A DNA stretch of 47,773 bases from Chloroflexota bacterium (GTDB lineage Bacteria > Chloroflexota > Dormibacteria > Aeolococcales > Aeolococcaceae): assembly GCA_005880445.1 (NCBI GenBank), contig VBGJ01000037.1, positions 1-47,773 of the forward strand, written 5' to 3'. A program made the translations under genes and the position numbers. Each line of letters opens with the position of its first letter. Within the stretch, counting starts at the first letter, position 1. Below the pieces are notes generated by a model, which saw only the letters and a program-made list of their open reading frames with translations, was not told the origin of the DNA and did no database searches. Positions 34,347 through 41,958 of the stretch are shown piece by piece.

Positions 34347-35115
34347 GTGAGCTGGGACATCTCCGTGGCGGGGACGCTGCACCGCGACGACATCACCACT
34401 CCGCGCGGTCACGCGCGTTCGCTCGGCGGGTCAGCCGTGTATTTCGCGCTCGCAGCAGCGCGGCACACGCGGGTGCACCTCAACGGCATCGTCGGCGTGG
34501 ACACTGCGGAGCGCTTTCGCGCGATGTTCGAGGGACTTCCGATCGACATGGACGGTCTCGTCGTCAGCCGGACACCCACGTTTGTCTGGCATGCCGTGCA
34601 CGATTTCGACCGGTGGGTGACCTCCAGCGAGTCAGAGGAGCCCGGGTGCGACCCCGAGTGGGAGCCACGACTGGGCCCCACATCACGGAGCGCAGAGGTG
34701 CTGTTCCTCGGCAGCATGCATCCCCGCCTGCAGCACCAGGTCCTGTCGCAGGCCGGCGCGGGCCTCGTTGGCGCCGACTCGATGACTGTCTACATGCGCG
34801 AAAACAACGCGTCGGTGCGTTCCCGCCGTCGTGGTGAAACAGGGGCCGGATGGCGCGGCGTGCGTGGTGGGCCAGCAATCGTTGGAGATCGCTGCGCCCA
34901 CGGTTGAGGATGTTCTCGACCCGACCGGGGCCGGGGACGCGCTCGCCGGAGGATTTCTGGGCCTGTGCGCACGCTTCGAGCGTGCCGACCCGGCGTTCTT
35001 CGGGGACGCGCTCGCAGAGGGCGTACGGTGCGCCGCAGCCGCGGTCAGCACGTTCGGGACAGCGGGCCTGAGCGCGCTCGCCGGCGCTGGTGCGGGGCGT
35101 CCCGCGGACGTATGA
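34347..35115 (+). pseudogene. PfkB-family sugar kinase gene split by an internal deletion plus frameshift
   Basis: The N-terminal ORF 34347..34907 (ISVAGTLHRDDITTP.G....LGGSAVYFA) loses similarity after DSMTVYMRENNA at about 34806. The C-terminal part is in another frame (34816/34831..35115: VPAVVVKQGPDGAA...DPTGAGDALAGGFLG). About 35-40 expected residues between them are absent. Confidence 0.65.
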
Positions 35116-36170
35116 TCCGCGCCACCATGGCCGTCACCGGCAATCGCGGTCGTGATCTGGGCACGCCAATCGACCGCAACCTCGCATTGGAGCTGGTCCG
35201 CGTCACCGAGGGTGCGGCGATGGCCGCGGCGCGGTACATGGGGCGCAACCAGAAGGAGGCGGCCGACCAGGCTGCCGTCGATTCGATGCGCCGCAGCCTC
35301 GGCTTCGTCGACATGGACGGCTTGGTGGTCATCGGAGAGGGCGAGAAGGACGAGGCGCCCATGCTGTACATCGGAGAGCGTGTCGGCAATGGCAGTCCGC
35401 CCGAAGTCGACGTGGCGGTCGATCCCATCGACGGGACCCGGCTCGTTGCGCGGGGTCTGCCCGGCGGCATTGCGACTGTCGCGCTCGCGGAACGCGGCTC
35501 CATGTACCAAACGCACATCCCGTACATGGAGAAGCTGATCGTCGGACCGGAGGCCGCGCCTGTGATCGACATCACGGACACGGTCGCGAACAACCTGCGT
35601 CGCATAGCTCGAGCGGAGGACCGCAGTGTTGGGGACCTCACGGTCGTGGTGCTCGATCGCGATCGTCACACCGATCTTCTGGAGGAGATCCGCAGCGCCG
35701 GAGCTCGCGTGAAGCTGATCATGGACGGCGACGTGGCGGCGGGGCTCATGGCGGCGATGGAACACCGCACAGGCATCGACGTTCTGATGGGCATCGGTGG
35801 TGCACCGGAGGCGGTGCTGGCGGCGTGCGGCATCAAGTGCATCGGCGGTGGCATGCAGGCGCGGCTCTGGCTGCGCAACGGCGACCGCGCGACCATGGAG
35901 AGCGAGCGCAAACGAGAAGATGTGGTGCTCGACCTCGATGATCTCGTCGCAGGCGACAACGTGTTCTTCGCGGCGACCGGGATCACGGACGGCGAGCTGC
36001 TCCAGGGCGTCCGCTTCCTGGGCGACGATCGCTGCCACACGCAGAGCCTGGTGATGCGCTCGTACTCGGGCACCACCCGATACATCGAGGCGGAACACAG
36101 CTTCGCCAAGCTCCGGCGGCGTCGGGGCGAGGCGGAGCATGCCTTCGCTGGAGCCGAAACCGTCCTCTGA
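35112..36170 (+). CDS. glpX: class II fructose-1,6-bisphosphatase GlpX
   Basis: ATG at 35112 (ATGA overlap with the pfkB remnant stop). VTEGAAMAAARYMGR..K..AD.AAV..MR, GEGEKDEAPMLYIGE.VG, VDPIDGT, GIGGAPE, ATGITDGELL. Confidence 0.9.
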   Translation: MIRATMAVTGNRGRDLGTPIDRNLALELVRVTEGAAMAAARYMGRNQKEAADQAAVDSMRRSLGFVDMDGLVVIGEGEKDEAPMLYIGERVGNGSPPEVDVAVDPIDGTRLVARGLPGGIATVALAERGSMYQTHIPYMEKLIVGPEAAPVIDITDTVANNLRRIARAEDRSVGDLTVVVLDRDRHTDLLEEIRSAGARVKLIMDGDVAAGLMAAMEHRTGIDVLMGIGGAPEAVLAACGIKCIGGGMQARLWLRNGDRATMESERKREDVVLDLDDLVAGDNVFFAATGITDGELLQGVRFLGDDRCHTQSLVMRSYSGTTRYIEAEHSFAKLRRRRGEAEHAFAGAETVL

Positions 36171-37515
36171 CCTCCCGGGCGGCCCGGGCGCGGACCAGGG
36201 GTGGGACAATCGACTGGCCCTGATGAAGCCAAAGCTTCGCCCCAGTCAGAACCTCATGCGCTGGTTCACGCCCGGGCTACACGTCAAGCGCTGGCTGCTG
36301 CTCCTCTTCGCAGCCATCGTCATGATCAGCCTGGCCGTCGGCTATTTGCTCCGGGACTTCTACAGCGGGGGCTTCCGTTTCCCGGAGTGGGTGGGGAACG
36401 TCAGTCTGCAATTCCTGCCACGCTCCATTCGCGCCCTCCTGTTTGCTGTGGCTGGAGCCGGGCTGCTGCTGCTGGCCTTTTATAAACTCGGGCAGTCCAT
36501 CCTGGGGCCGTTCCTGCTGGGGAGAAACGCAGAGCGCGGGCTCATCGATCAGCTGTACACGTTCCGGCTTCTCGCCAAGGGACCCAGGGTCGTGGCCGTC
36601 GGCGGGGGGACAGGGCTCTCCTCGCTGCTCCGCGGGGTCAAGAAGTACACCGGCAACATCGTGGCCATCGTCACGGTGGCGGACGACGGCGGGTCGAGCG
36701 GCCGCCTGCGCGACGAGTATCGGGTGCTGCCGCCGGGCGACATACGTCAGTGCCTCACCGCGCTCGCCGAAACCGAGCCGCTGATGACCGAGCTGTTTCA
36801 ACATCGATTTGGCGGTGACGGCTCGCTGAGCGGCCACTCGTTCGGCAACCTGTTCATCACCGCGATGGCCGAGATCACGGGTGACTTCGAGCACGCCATC
36901 CGCGAGTCAGGTCGCGTGCTGGCAGTGCGCGGCCAGATCGTGCCGAGCACGCTCCGGGACGTCACGCTGTGCGCGGCTGCCGGCGCGGAGGTGCGGGTCG
37001 GCGAGTCCCGCGTGCCCAAGGGCAACGGGCGCATCGATCGGGTGTTCCTCGACCCCGGCGATGCTCCGGTCAACCCGGAAGCGGAGCTTGCGATTCTCGA
37101 TGCCGAGCTCGTCGTGGTCGGTCCAGGTTCGCTCTACACATCGATCCTGCCCAACCTGCTGGTCGACGGCATGGTGGAGGTGATGCGCGCGAGCCCCGCC
37201 GTCAAGGTCTACGTGTGCAATGTCGCAGGGCAGCCCGGCGAGACGCTCGGTTACACCGTGAGCGAGCATCTCGATGCCATCGAAGAGCACATCGGCGGGA
37301 ACATCTTCGACTACGTCATCGTCAACAGCAACATGACACCGCCGCTGCCACCCTCGGCACGCGAGGCGGGCATCTCCCGGGTCACGTTCGACCGCGCGCG
37401 TTCGTCGCGCAAGCCTGTGCACTTCATCCTCGCCGATGTGGTCTCCACGCGCGTGTCGTCGCACCACGATCCGGAGAAGCTGGCGCGGGTGATCATGAAG
37501 CGGATCTGGAGATAA
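36139..37515 (+). CDS. yvcK: YvcK/CofD-family gluconeogenesis factor with an N-terminal membrane extension
   Basis: The core VVAVGGGTGLSSLLRG.K.....IVAIVTVADDGGSSGRLR...LPPGDIR.C..AL and GPGSLYTSILPNLLV is typical UPF0052/YvcK. The N-terminal about 110 aa contain two hydrophobic helices. An alternative start is the ATG at 36223. Confidence 0.85.
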   Translation: MPSLEPKPSSDLPGGPGADQGWDNRLALMKPKLRPSQNLMRWFTPGLHVKRWLLLLFAAIVMISLAVGYLLRDFYSGGFRFPEWVGNVSLQFLPRSIRALLFAVAGAGLLLLAFYKLGQSILGPFLLGRNAERGLIDQLYTFRLLAKGPRVVAVGGGTGLSSLLRGVKKYTGNIVAIVTVADDGGSSGRLRDEYRVLPPGDIRQCLTALAETEPLMTELFQHRFGGDGSLSGHSFGNLFITAMAEITGDFEHAIRESGRVLAVRGQIVPSTLRDVTLCAAAGAEVRVGESRVPKGNGRIDRVFLDPGDAPVNPEAELAILDAELVVVGPGSLYTSILPNLLVDGMVEVMRASPAVKVYVCNVAGQPGETLGYTVSEHLDAIEEHIGGNIFDYVIVNSNMTPPLPPSAREAGISRVTFDRARSSRKPVHFILADVVSTRVSSHHDPEKLARVIMKRIWR

Positions 37516-37541
37516 CTCGCTCGGGGGCGTGGTTGAGGCGA

Positions 37542-37600
37542 GGAGGAGACACTCGCTGCGGCGTCTCCTGAGCTAGGCCGCCTTCGCGAGTGTCTCCTCC
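37542..37600 (-). repeat. structured hairpin repeat H3 (loop motif on the minus strand)
   Basis: The minus strand reads GGAGGAGACACTCGC-GAA-GGCGGC-CTAGCTCAGGA-GACGCC-GCA-GCGAGTGTCTCCTCC. The 15-bp outer stem is perfect. Confidence 0.8.
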
Positions 37601-37639
37601 CCGCCAACGCACGCGACCGGCTCGCAGGGCGTGGCGCAG

Positions 37640-37702
37640 GGGATCGGGACGTGCGCGCAGGCGCCATAGCTCAGGAGGCGCCGAAGCGCATGTCCCGATC
37701 CC
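37640..37702 (+). repeat. structured hairpin repeat H4 (loop ATAGCTCAGGA)
   Basis: GGGATCGGGACGTGCGC-GCA-GGCGCC-ATAGCTCAGGA-GGCGCC-GAA-GCGCATGTCCCGATCCC. It lies 39 nt from H3, in the convergent spacer between yvcK and the crotonase gene. Confidence 0.85.
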
Positions 37703-37714
37703 GATCAGCACCAC

Positions 37715-38500
37715 TTATTGCTGCAGCCGGGTTCCGTGGCGGCCCTCGCCGTGGCGAAAACGCTCCGCTCCGGCGACCGTCTCGCCCGAGGCGACCACCC
37801 GCAGCCCGTGCTCCGTCTCGTTGCGCAGGGCAGACGGCGTGTCCATCGACCACTGCTCGTAAACGGACAGACGGTCGCTGCGCATGCACGTTTGCGGCAG
37901 CGCCGCGAGCTCCTGGGCCAGCCGTTGCGCCGCGGCGAGGGCGGTACCACGCGGCACCACCCGGTCGACGAGGCCGATCGCGCGGGCTTCCGTCGCGTCG
38001 ACGGCCCTCCCGGTCAGGATCAGATCGAGCGCGCGGCCGTGACCGATGAGGCGGGGGAGACGGATGGTGCCGCCATCCATCAGCGGAACGCCGAAGCGGC
38101 GGCAGAAGACTCCGAAGACGGCGTTCTCCGCGGCAACGCGAAGGTCGCACCACAGCGCGAGCTCCAGACCACCGGCCACGGCGTGTCCCTCCACCGCCGC
38201 GATGACCGGCTTGCCAACGAGCATCCGCGACAGCCCGAGCGGTGCGTCGCCGTCGACGTCGAGGCGTGGCCCACGCGGGTCGTCAGGCGATATCGAGGTG
38301 AGGTCGGCCCCGGCGCAGAACGTGTCACGAGCGCCGGTGAGGATGGCGACGTTCAACGAATCGTCGACGGCGAATTCTCGGAACGCGCCGGCGAGGGCCG
38401 ACGCCGTAGGGCCGTCGACCGCGTTGCGCACCTCCGGCCTATCGATGACCACCGTCATCACCCCGGCCGTGCGCAATGTGCGCACCGTTGGCGTCGACAT
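37715..38500 (-). CDS. enoyl-CoA hydratase/isomerase (crotonase) family protein
   Basis: Internal ATG at 38500. VIDRPEVRNA, FCAGADL, AAVEGHAVAGGLELALWCDLRVA, the crotonase oxyanion-hole motifs. Confidence 0.85.
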   Translation of the reverse strand: MSTPTVRTLRTAGVMTVVIDRPEVRNAVDGPTASALAGAFREFAVDDSLNVAILTGARDTFCAGADLTSISPDDPRGPRLDVDGDAPLGLSRMLVGKPVIAAVEGHAVAGGLELALWCDLRVAAENAVFGVFCRRFGVPLMDGGTIRLPRLIGHGRALDLILTGRAVDATEARAIGLVDRVVPRGTALAAAQRLAQELAALPQTCMRSDRLSVYEQWSMDTPSALRNETEHGLRVVASGETVAGAERFRHGEGRHGTRLQQ

Positions 38501-38541
38501 GCGCGGATCATCCCAAGCCGCCGGGGACGCGCGTATCGATC

Positions 38542-39525
38542 TCACCCCCGTCGCCACCGCCGCGTCGCCGCGTATGCGCGGTAGCGCGTCATACGTACCG
38601 GTAGCTCCCAGGTCCCCGCGCGCTCCAGCAGCCTTCCCCCAAACGCCTTCTTGAACCGGCTGAACCCGGCCCAGGGATGGGACGGGTTGTCGTCTGGGAT
38701 GACGCCCCAGAAATCGAAGGTCGCCGCACCGCGTGCCTTGGCGTCGCCGATCATCTGCCAGAGGAGCGGTGCCCCGGCGCCGAGACGCCTGCCCGCATCC
38801 GGATCGGAGGCGGAGTGAGCGTAGTAGCGCGTGTGCCCGAAGTCGAAGCACATCGACGCGGCCAGCGGCTGGTCATCGATACCGGCGACGTACAGCCTTG
38901 CCGCGCCCAGCGGCATCAGCGTCTCGGCGACCGTACGGTGATAGGTGTCGGGTTGCCCGTGAAACGCGGTGCGCCCGCGTGCCCGTCGCTGCAGGGTCAG
39001 GAAGATGTCGATATCGGCTGGATTCTCCGTCTGCCAGACGCCGATGCCGCGACGCGGCGCGGCGTTGATCCGGCTTCGGTGGCCGGCCTCGAGCCCGCCG
39101 CGCAGCACATCGATGCCCGCCGTGAGATCGAGCACCCACGTCCATCGAGGCTGTATCGATGGCGCGGCGCGGGCCCCGAGCGAGCGCAGCGCCGCCATTG
39201 CGCCCACAGAGGGTTCGACCCGCGCGAAGTCGAGCCCGAGTGTGCGCGCCGCGATGGCGACATCACGCAGGGCGGCCTCCGTGTCGGCGCCCGCCGGTCC
39301 GTACGGAACATAGAGGTACCTGGGAAAACGCCCTGACCGCAGGGCGGCGGCCCACTGCCAGCCCGGCCCGCGCCGCCACGTCACGTCGTAGCCCAGCGCG
39401 GCCTGGACGCGCATCCATGCGGAGCTCTGGAGGAAATGTCCGTCCAGTGCGAGGAGGTCGGCGTCCCAGGATTCGTCGAAGTTGGCCAAGGGGTAAAGCG
39501 TTTCCCTACAATGCAGCGGCCTCAA
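38542..39525 (-). CDS. FemAB-family peptidoglycan bridge-formation aminoacyltransferase (paralog 1)
   Basis: HFLQSSAWMRVQ, YLYVPYGP, RYYAHSASD, APLLWQMI..A...G...FDFWGV, PW.GFSRFKKAFGG, shared with the two paralogs at 39902 and 40936. Confidence 0.8.
   Translation of the reverse strand: MRPLHCRETLYPLANFDESWDADLLALDGHFLQSSAWMRVQAALGYDVTWRRGPGWQWAAALRSGRFPRYLYVPYGPAGADTEAALRDVAIAARTLGLDFARVEPSVGAMAALRSLGARAAPSIQPRWTWVLDLTAGIDVLRGGLEAGHRSRINAAPRRGIGVWQTENPADIDIFLTLQRRARGRTAFHGQPDTYHRTVAETLMPLGAARLYVAGIDDQPLAASMCFDFGHTRYYAHSASDPDAGRRLGAGAPLLWQMIGDAKARGAATFDFWGVIPDDNPSHPWAGFSRFKKAFGGRLLERAGTWELPVRMTRYRAYAATRRWRRG
39507..39512 (+). promoter_or_regulatory. -10 box TACAAT upstream of hup
   Basis: ccCTACAATgc lies 38 nt upstream of the hup ATG, with TTGGCC 19 nt further upstream. 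Confidence 0.35.
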
Positions 39526-39549
39526 CGGTCAACATCATGGAGAGATCGC

Positions 39550-39858
39550 ATGGCAACTGTGGTTACACGCGACGTGCTCGCCAAGAAGCTTGCAGATCGC
39601 GCAGAGATCACCATCGCCGCCGCGCGCGACGAGGTGAGCTGGTTTTTCGACTCGATTTCTTCGTCGCTCGAAAAGGGCGATGAGGTCCGCATCCACGGAT
39701 TCGGCGCCTTCAAAACCGCGCAGCGGGCGGCGCGTGTGGGCCGCAACCCGCGGACCGGTGAGTCAGTGCGCGTCCCGGCACGTCGTGTCGTGCGCTTCTC
39801 GCCGAGCACCACGCTGTCGTCGGCGCTCAAGGGAGGCCGCTCGCGCGCCAAGAAGTAG
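39550..39858 (+). CDS. hup: HU-family nucleoid-associated DNA-binding protein
   Basis: ATG at 39550 with SD GGAGAG. IHGFGAFKT..RAAR.GRNPRTGE...VPA..V..F. Confidence 0.9.
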   Translation: MATVVTRDVLAKKLADRAEITIAAARDEVSWFFDSISSSLEKGDEVRIHGFGAFKTAQRAARVGRNPRTGESVRVPARRVVRFSPSTTLSSALKGGRSRAKK

Positions 39859-39901
39859 GTGGCGCGCGGCGTTGACGGCTATCAGCGGGAAATGAACGCC
39901 G

Positions 39902-40939
39902 TCAATAAAAGAAGTCGTGGTGGACACGATACGTCCACTGACGGGCGAGACGCTCGCCCACCTGCGTCCACCACCGGTAGCGGCGACGGCGCAGCGGCCA
40001 GTCCCACGTGCCGACGAACTCGGTGATGCGATCGTTGAACCCCGACTTGAAACGGTACAGACCGTAGAACGGGTGCGACGGGTCGAGCTCGGCGGCAGGT
40101 GGGACGGCGACCAGGTCGTACGTCTGGACGCCGCGCTCGCGAAGTGACCGCATCACCTCCCACTGCAGGAGGTACGGCGCCATCAGCTCGTGATGACGCC
40201 GGCTCGAGCCACCGTCCTTGTACCAGCCCTTGTGGCCAAAATGCGTTGCGAAGCAGCCGGCGAGCACCTCGTGCCCCAGCGTCGCGAAGTAGAACTCGCC
40301 CTGACCGGCTGCGTGTTGCAACCTCCAGTAGTCGGCGAAATAGCGAGGCGGACGCAGCATGAACCCGGCGCGCACCTGCGTCTCGCGCATGAGCCGGTAC
40401 ATCACGTCGATGGTGGCGTCGGTCACCGGAAGCCTGTGCACCACCACTCCGCGTCGCGCGGCGAGCCGTATGTTGTAGCGGCACTTCGGCTTGAAGGACG
40501 CGATGATCCCATCCTCCTCGCCGCGCAGGTCGACGAGGATGGTCGCCGTGCTGTTCTGCACCTCGGTGGGCGCCTTCTGCATGCCGGCGCTCCGCCACGG
40601 TGACGTGTCGGCGGCCGCGTCGATCTCGGGATCCAGCTTGACCAGGAATCCACGGTCGAATCCCTCAGGGTCGCGCAGGATGTCGCACAGCTCGTCGGGT
40701 TTCGCGATGCCCGGGCCTTTCGGCGAGTACCACAGCGTGCCCGCACCTGGGACACGCCGCGTGAGAAACAGCGTCGCCACGTGTCCGCGCCCGGAGTCGG
40801 CGATGAAGTAATGCGGCTGCCATCCCCACCGCCGTTTGAACTCCCCCCACGAACGGGTCTGAAGGATGTGTCCACCATCGGGATTGGCCAGGACCAGCTC
40901 GTCCCAATCGCGTATCTCGGCGGAGGTCGCGGGCCTCAT
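39902..40939 (-). CDS. FemAB-family peptidoglycan bridge-formation aminoacyltransferase (paralog 2)
   Basis: ATG at 40939 (ATGA overlap with the paralog 3 stop). GHILQTRSWGEFK, LWYSPKGP, KCRYNIR, MAPYLLQWEVM, YDL..V, FYGLYRFKSGF. Confidence 0.8.
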   Translation of the reverse strand: MRPATSAEIRDWDELVLANPDGGHILQTRSWGEFKRRWGWQPHYFIADSGRGHVATLFLTRRVPGAGTLWYSPKGPGIAKPDELCDILRDPEGFDRGFLVKLDPEIDAAADTSPWRSAGMQKAPTEVQNSTATILVDLRGEEDGIIASFKPKCRYNIRLAARRGVVVHRLPVTDATIDVMYRLMRETQVRAGFMLRPPRYFADYWRLQHAAGQGEFYFATLGHEVLAGCFATHFGHKGWYKDGGSSRRHHELMAPYLLQWEVMRSLRERGVQTYDLVAVPPAAELDPSHPFYGLYRFKSGFNDRITEFVGTWDWPLRRRRYRWWTQVGERLARQWTYRVHHDFFY

Positions 40940-41958
40940 CGCCGCAACCTCTGGGCGGCCGACCACGTCCGGTACAGCCACGGGCGCACCGGCAGGTCCC
41001 AGGTCCCCGCGCGCGTGAGCAGCATGCCGCCGAACGACCGCTTGAACTGCGTGAAGCCGCTCCATGGGTGGTCGGGCTGGTCGGGGGGCGCCACACCCCA
41101 GAAGTCGAACCATGCCTTGCCCTCAGCACGCGCATCCAGGATGGCGCGCCACACCAGCGGCGCCGCCGGGCTCAGCCGCCGCACCTCCGGGTCCGAGCTG
41201 GACGCTGCGTACGCGTAGTACCGCGTGGTGCCGAGATCGATGACGATCGCCGCGGCGAGCACACGACCCGTGTGCCACGCGTAGTACAGCGTCGCCTCAC
41301 CTGTGGGAATCAGCTCCTCCGCGATGGCGCGGTAGTACGAGTCCGGATAGATCGGCATGTGCGTGCGGGCGTTCGTCTCGTGCAGCAGATCGAGAAATCG
41401 ACCGAGCTCCTGCGGAGACCCTGCGCGCTCGAACGAGATCCCCTTCCGCTCCGCCGCGTTGATGCTGCTGCGATGCCCCTTGGTCTGTCCCGCACGCAGC
41501 GTCGCTTCGTCCACGTCGATGCGCAGCAGCCAGGTGTGCTCCGGTTGACGGGTGCGCGCGCGGCGCGCTCCGCAGGACGCAGGATCGAGGGACTGCGTTC
41601 CGCCCGGTTCGAACTGGACGAAGGCGCAGCCCCTCTCGCGGGCGAGCTGCGCAGCCGGTCGCAGCGCATCGGCGAGTGCGCTTGGCCTCTCGACCTGCGG
41701 CCCGTACGGCAGGTAGAGGCGGCGGAAGGGTCCGACCTTGCGGGTGAGCGCGATCCACATCCAGTCACCGCCGCTGCAGTGGAACACGGTCGAACCCATG
41801 CGTACCTGACACCGCGCCCAGGCGCGGCTCTGCAGGAGATGACCGCCCATGGCGACAAGGCGGGAGTCCCATGTTGGATCTGGGATTCCGCGCAGCGGCA
41901 GCGCATCCTCGGTGCCGGGTGTACCTGTGGCCTCGCTCGTCACGATGCCCGCGCTCAC
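40936..41958 (-). CDS. FemAB-family peptidoglycan bridge-formation aminoacyltransferase (paralog 3)
   Basis: GTG at 41958 (GTGA overlap with the flippase stop). GHLLQSRAWARCQ, LYLPYGP, RYYAYAASS, APLVWRAI, FDFWGV, PWSGFTQFKRSFGG. Confidence 0.8.
   Translation of the reverse strand: MSAGIVTSEATGTPGTEDALPLRGIPDPTWDSRLVAMGGHLLQSRAWARCQVRMGSTVFHCSGGDWMWIALTRKVGPFRRLYLPYGPQVERPSALADALRPAAQLARERGCAFVQFEPGGTQSLDPASCGARRARTRQPEHTWLLRIDVDEATLRAGQTKGHRSSINAAERKGISFERAGSPQELGRFLDLLHETNARTHMPIYPDSYYRAIAEELIPTGEATLYYAWHTGRVLAAAIVIDLGTTRYYAYAASSSDPEVRRLSPAAPLVWRAILDARAEGKAWFDFWGVAPPDQPDHPWSGFTQFKRSFGGMLLTRAGTWDLPVRPWLYRTWSAAQRLRR

Noticed and set aside
34683-36209. 508-aa minus-strand ORF opposite glpX and the pfkB remnant
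   Set aside because: It is antisense to an unmistakable GlpX gene, has no recognisable motifs, and looks like a GC-rich shadow ORF.
39872-39905. Inverted repeat TTGACGGC...GCCGTCAA after hup, considered as an intrinsic terminator
   Set aside because: The loop is 18 nt and there is no U-tract on either strand. The 3' arm overlaps the stop codon of the convergent FemAB gene. Support is too weak to annotate.
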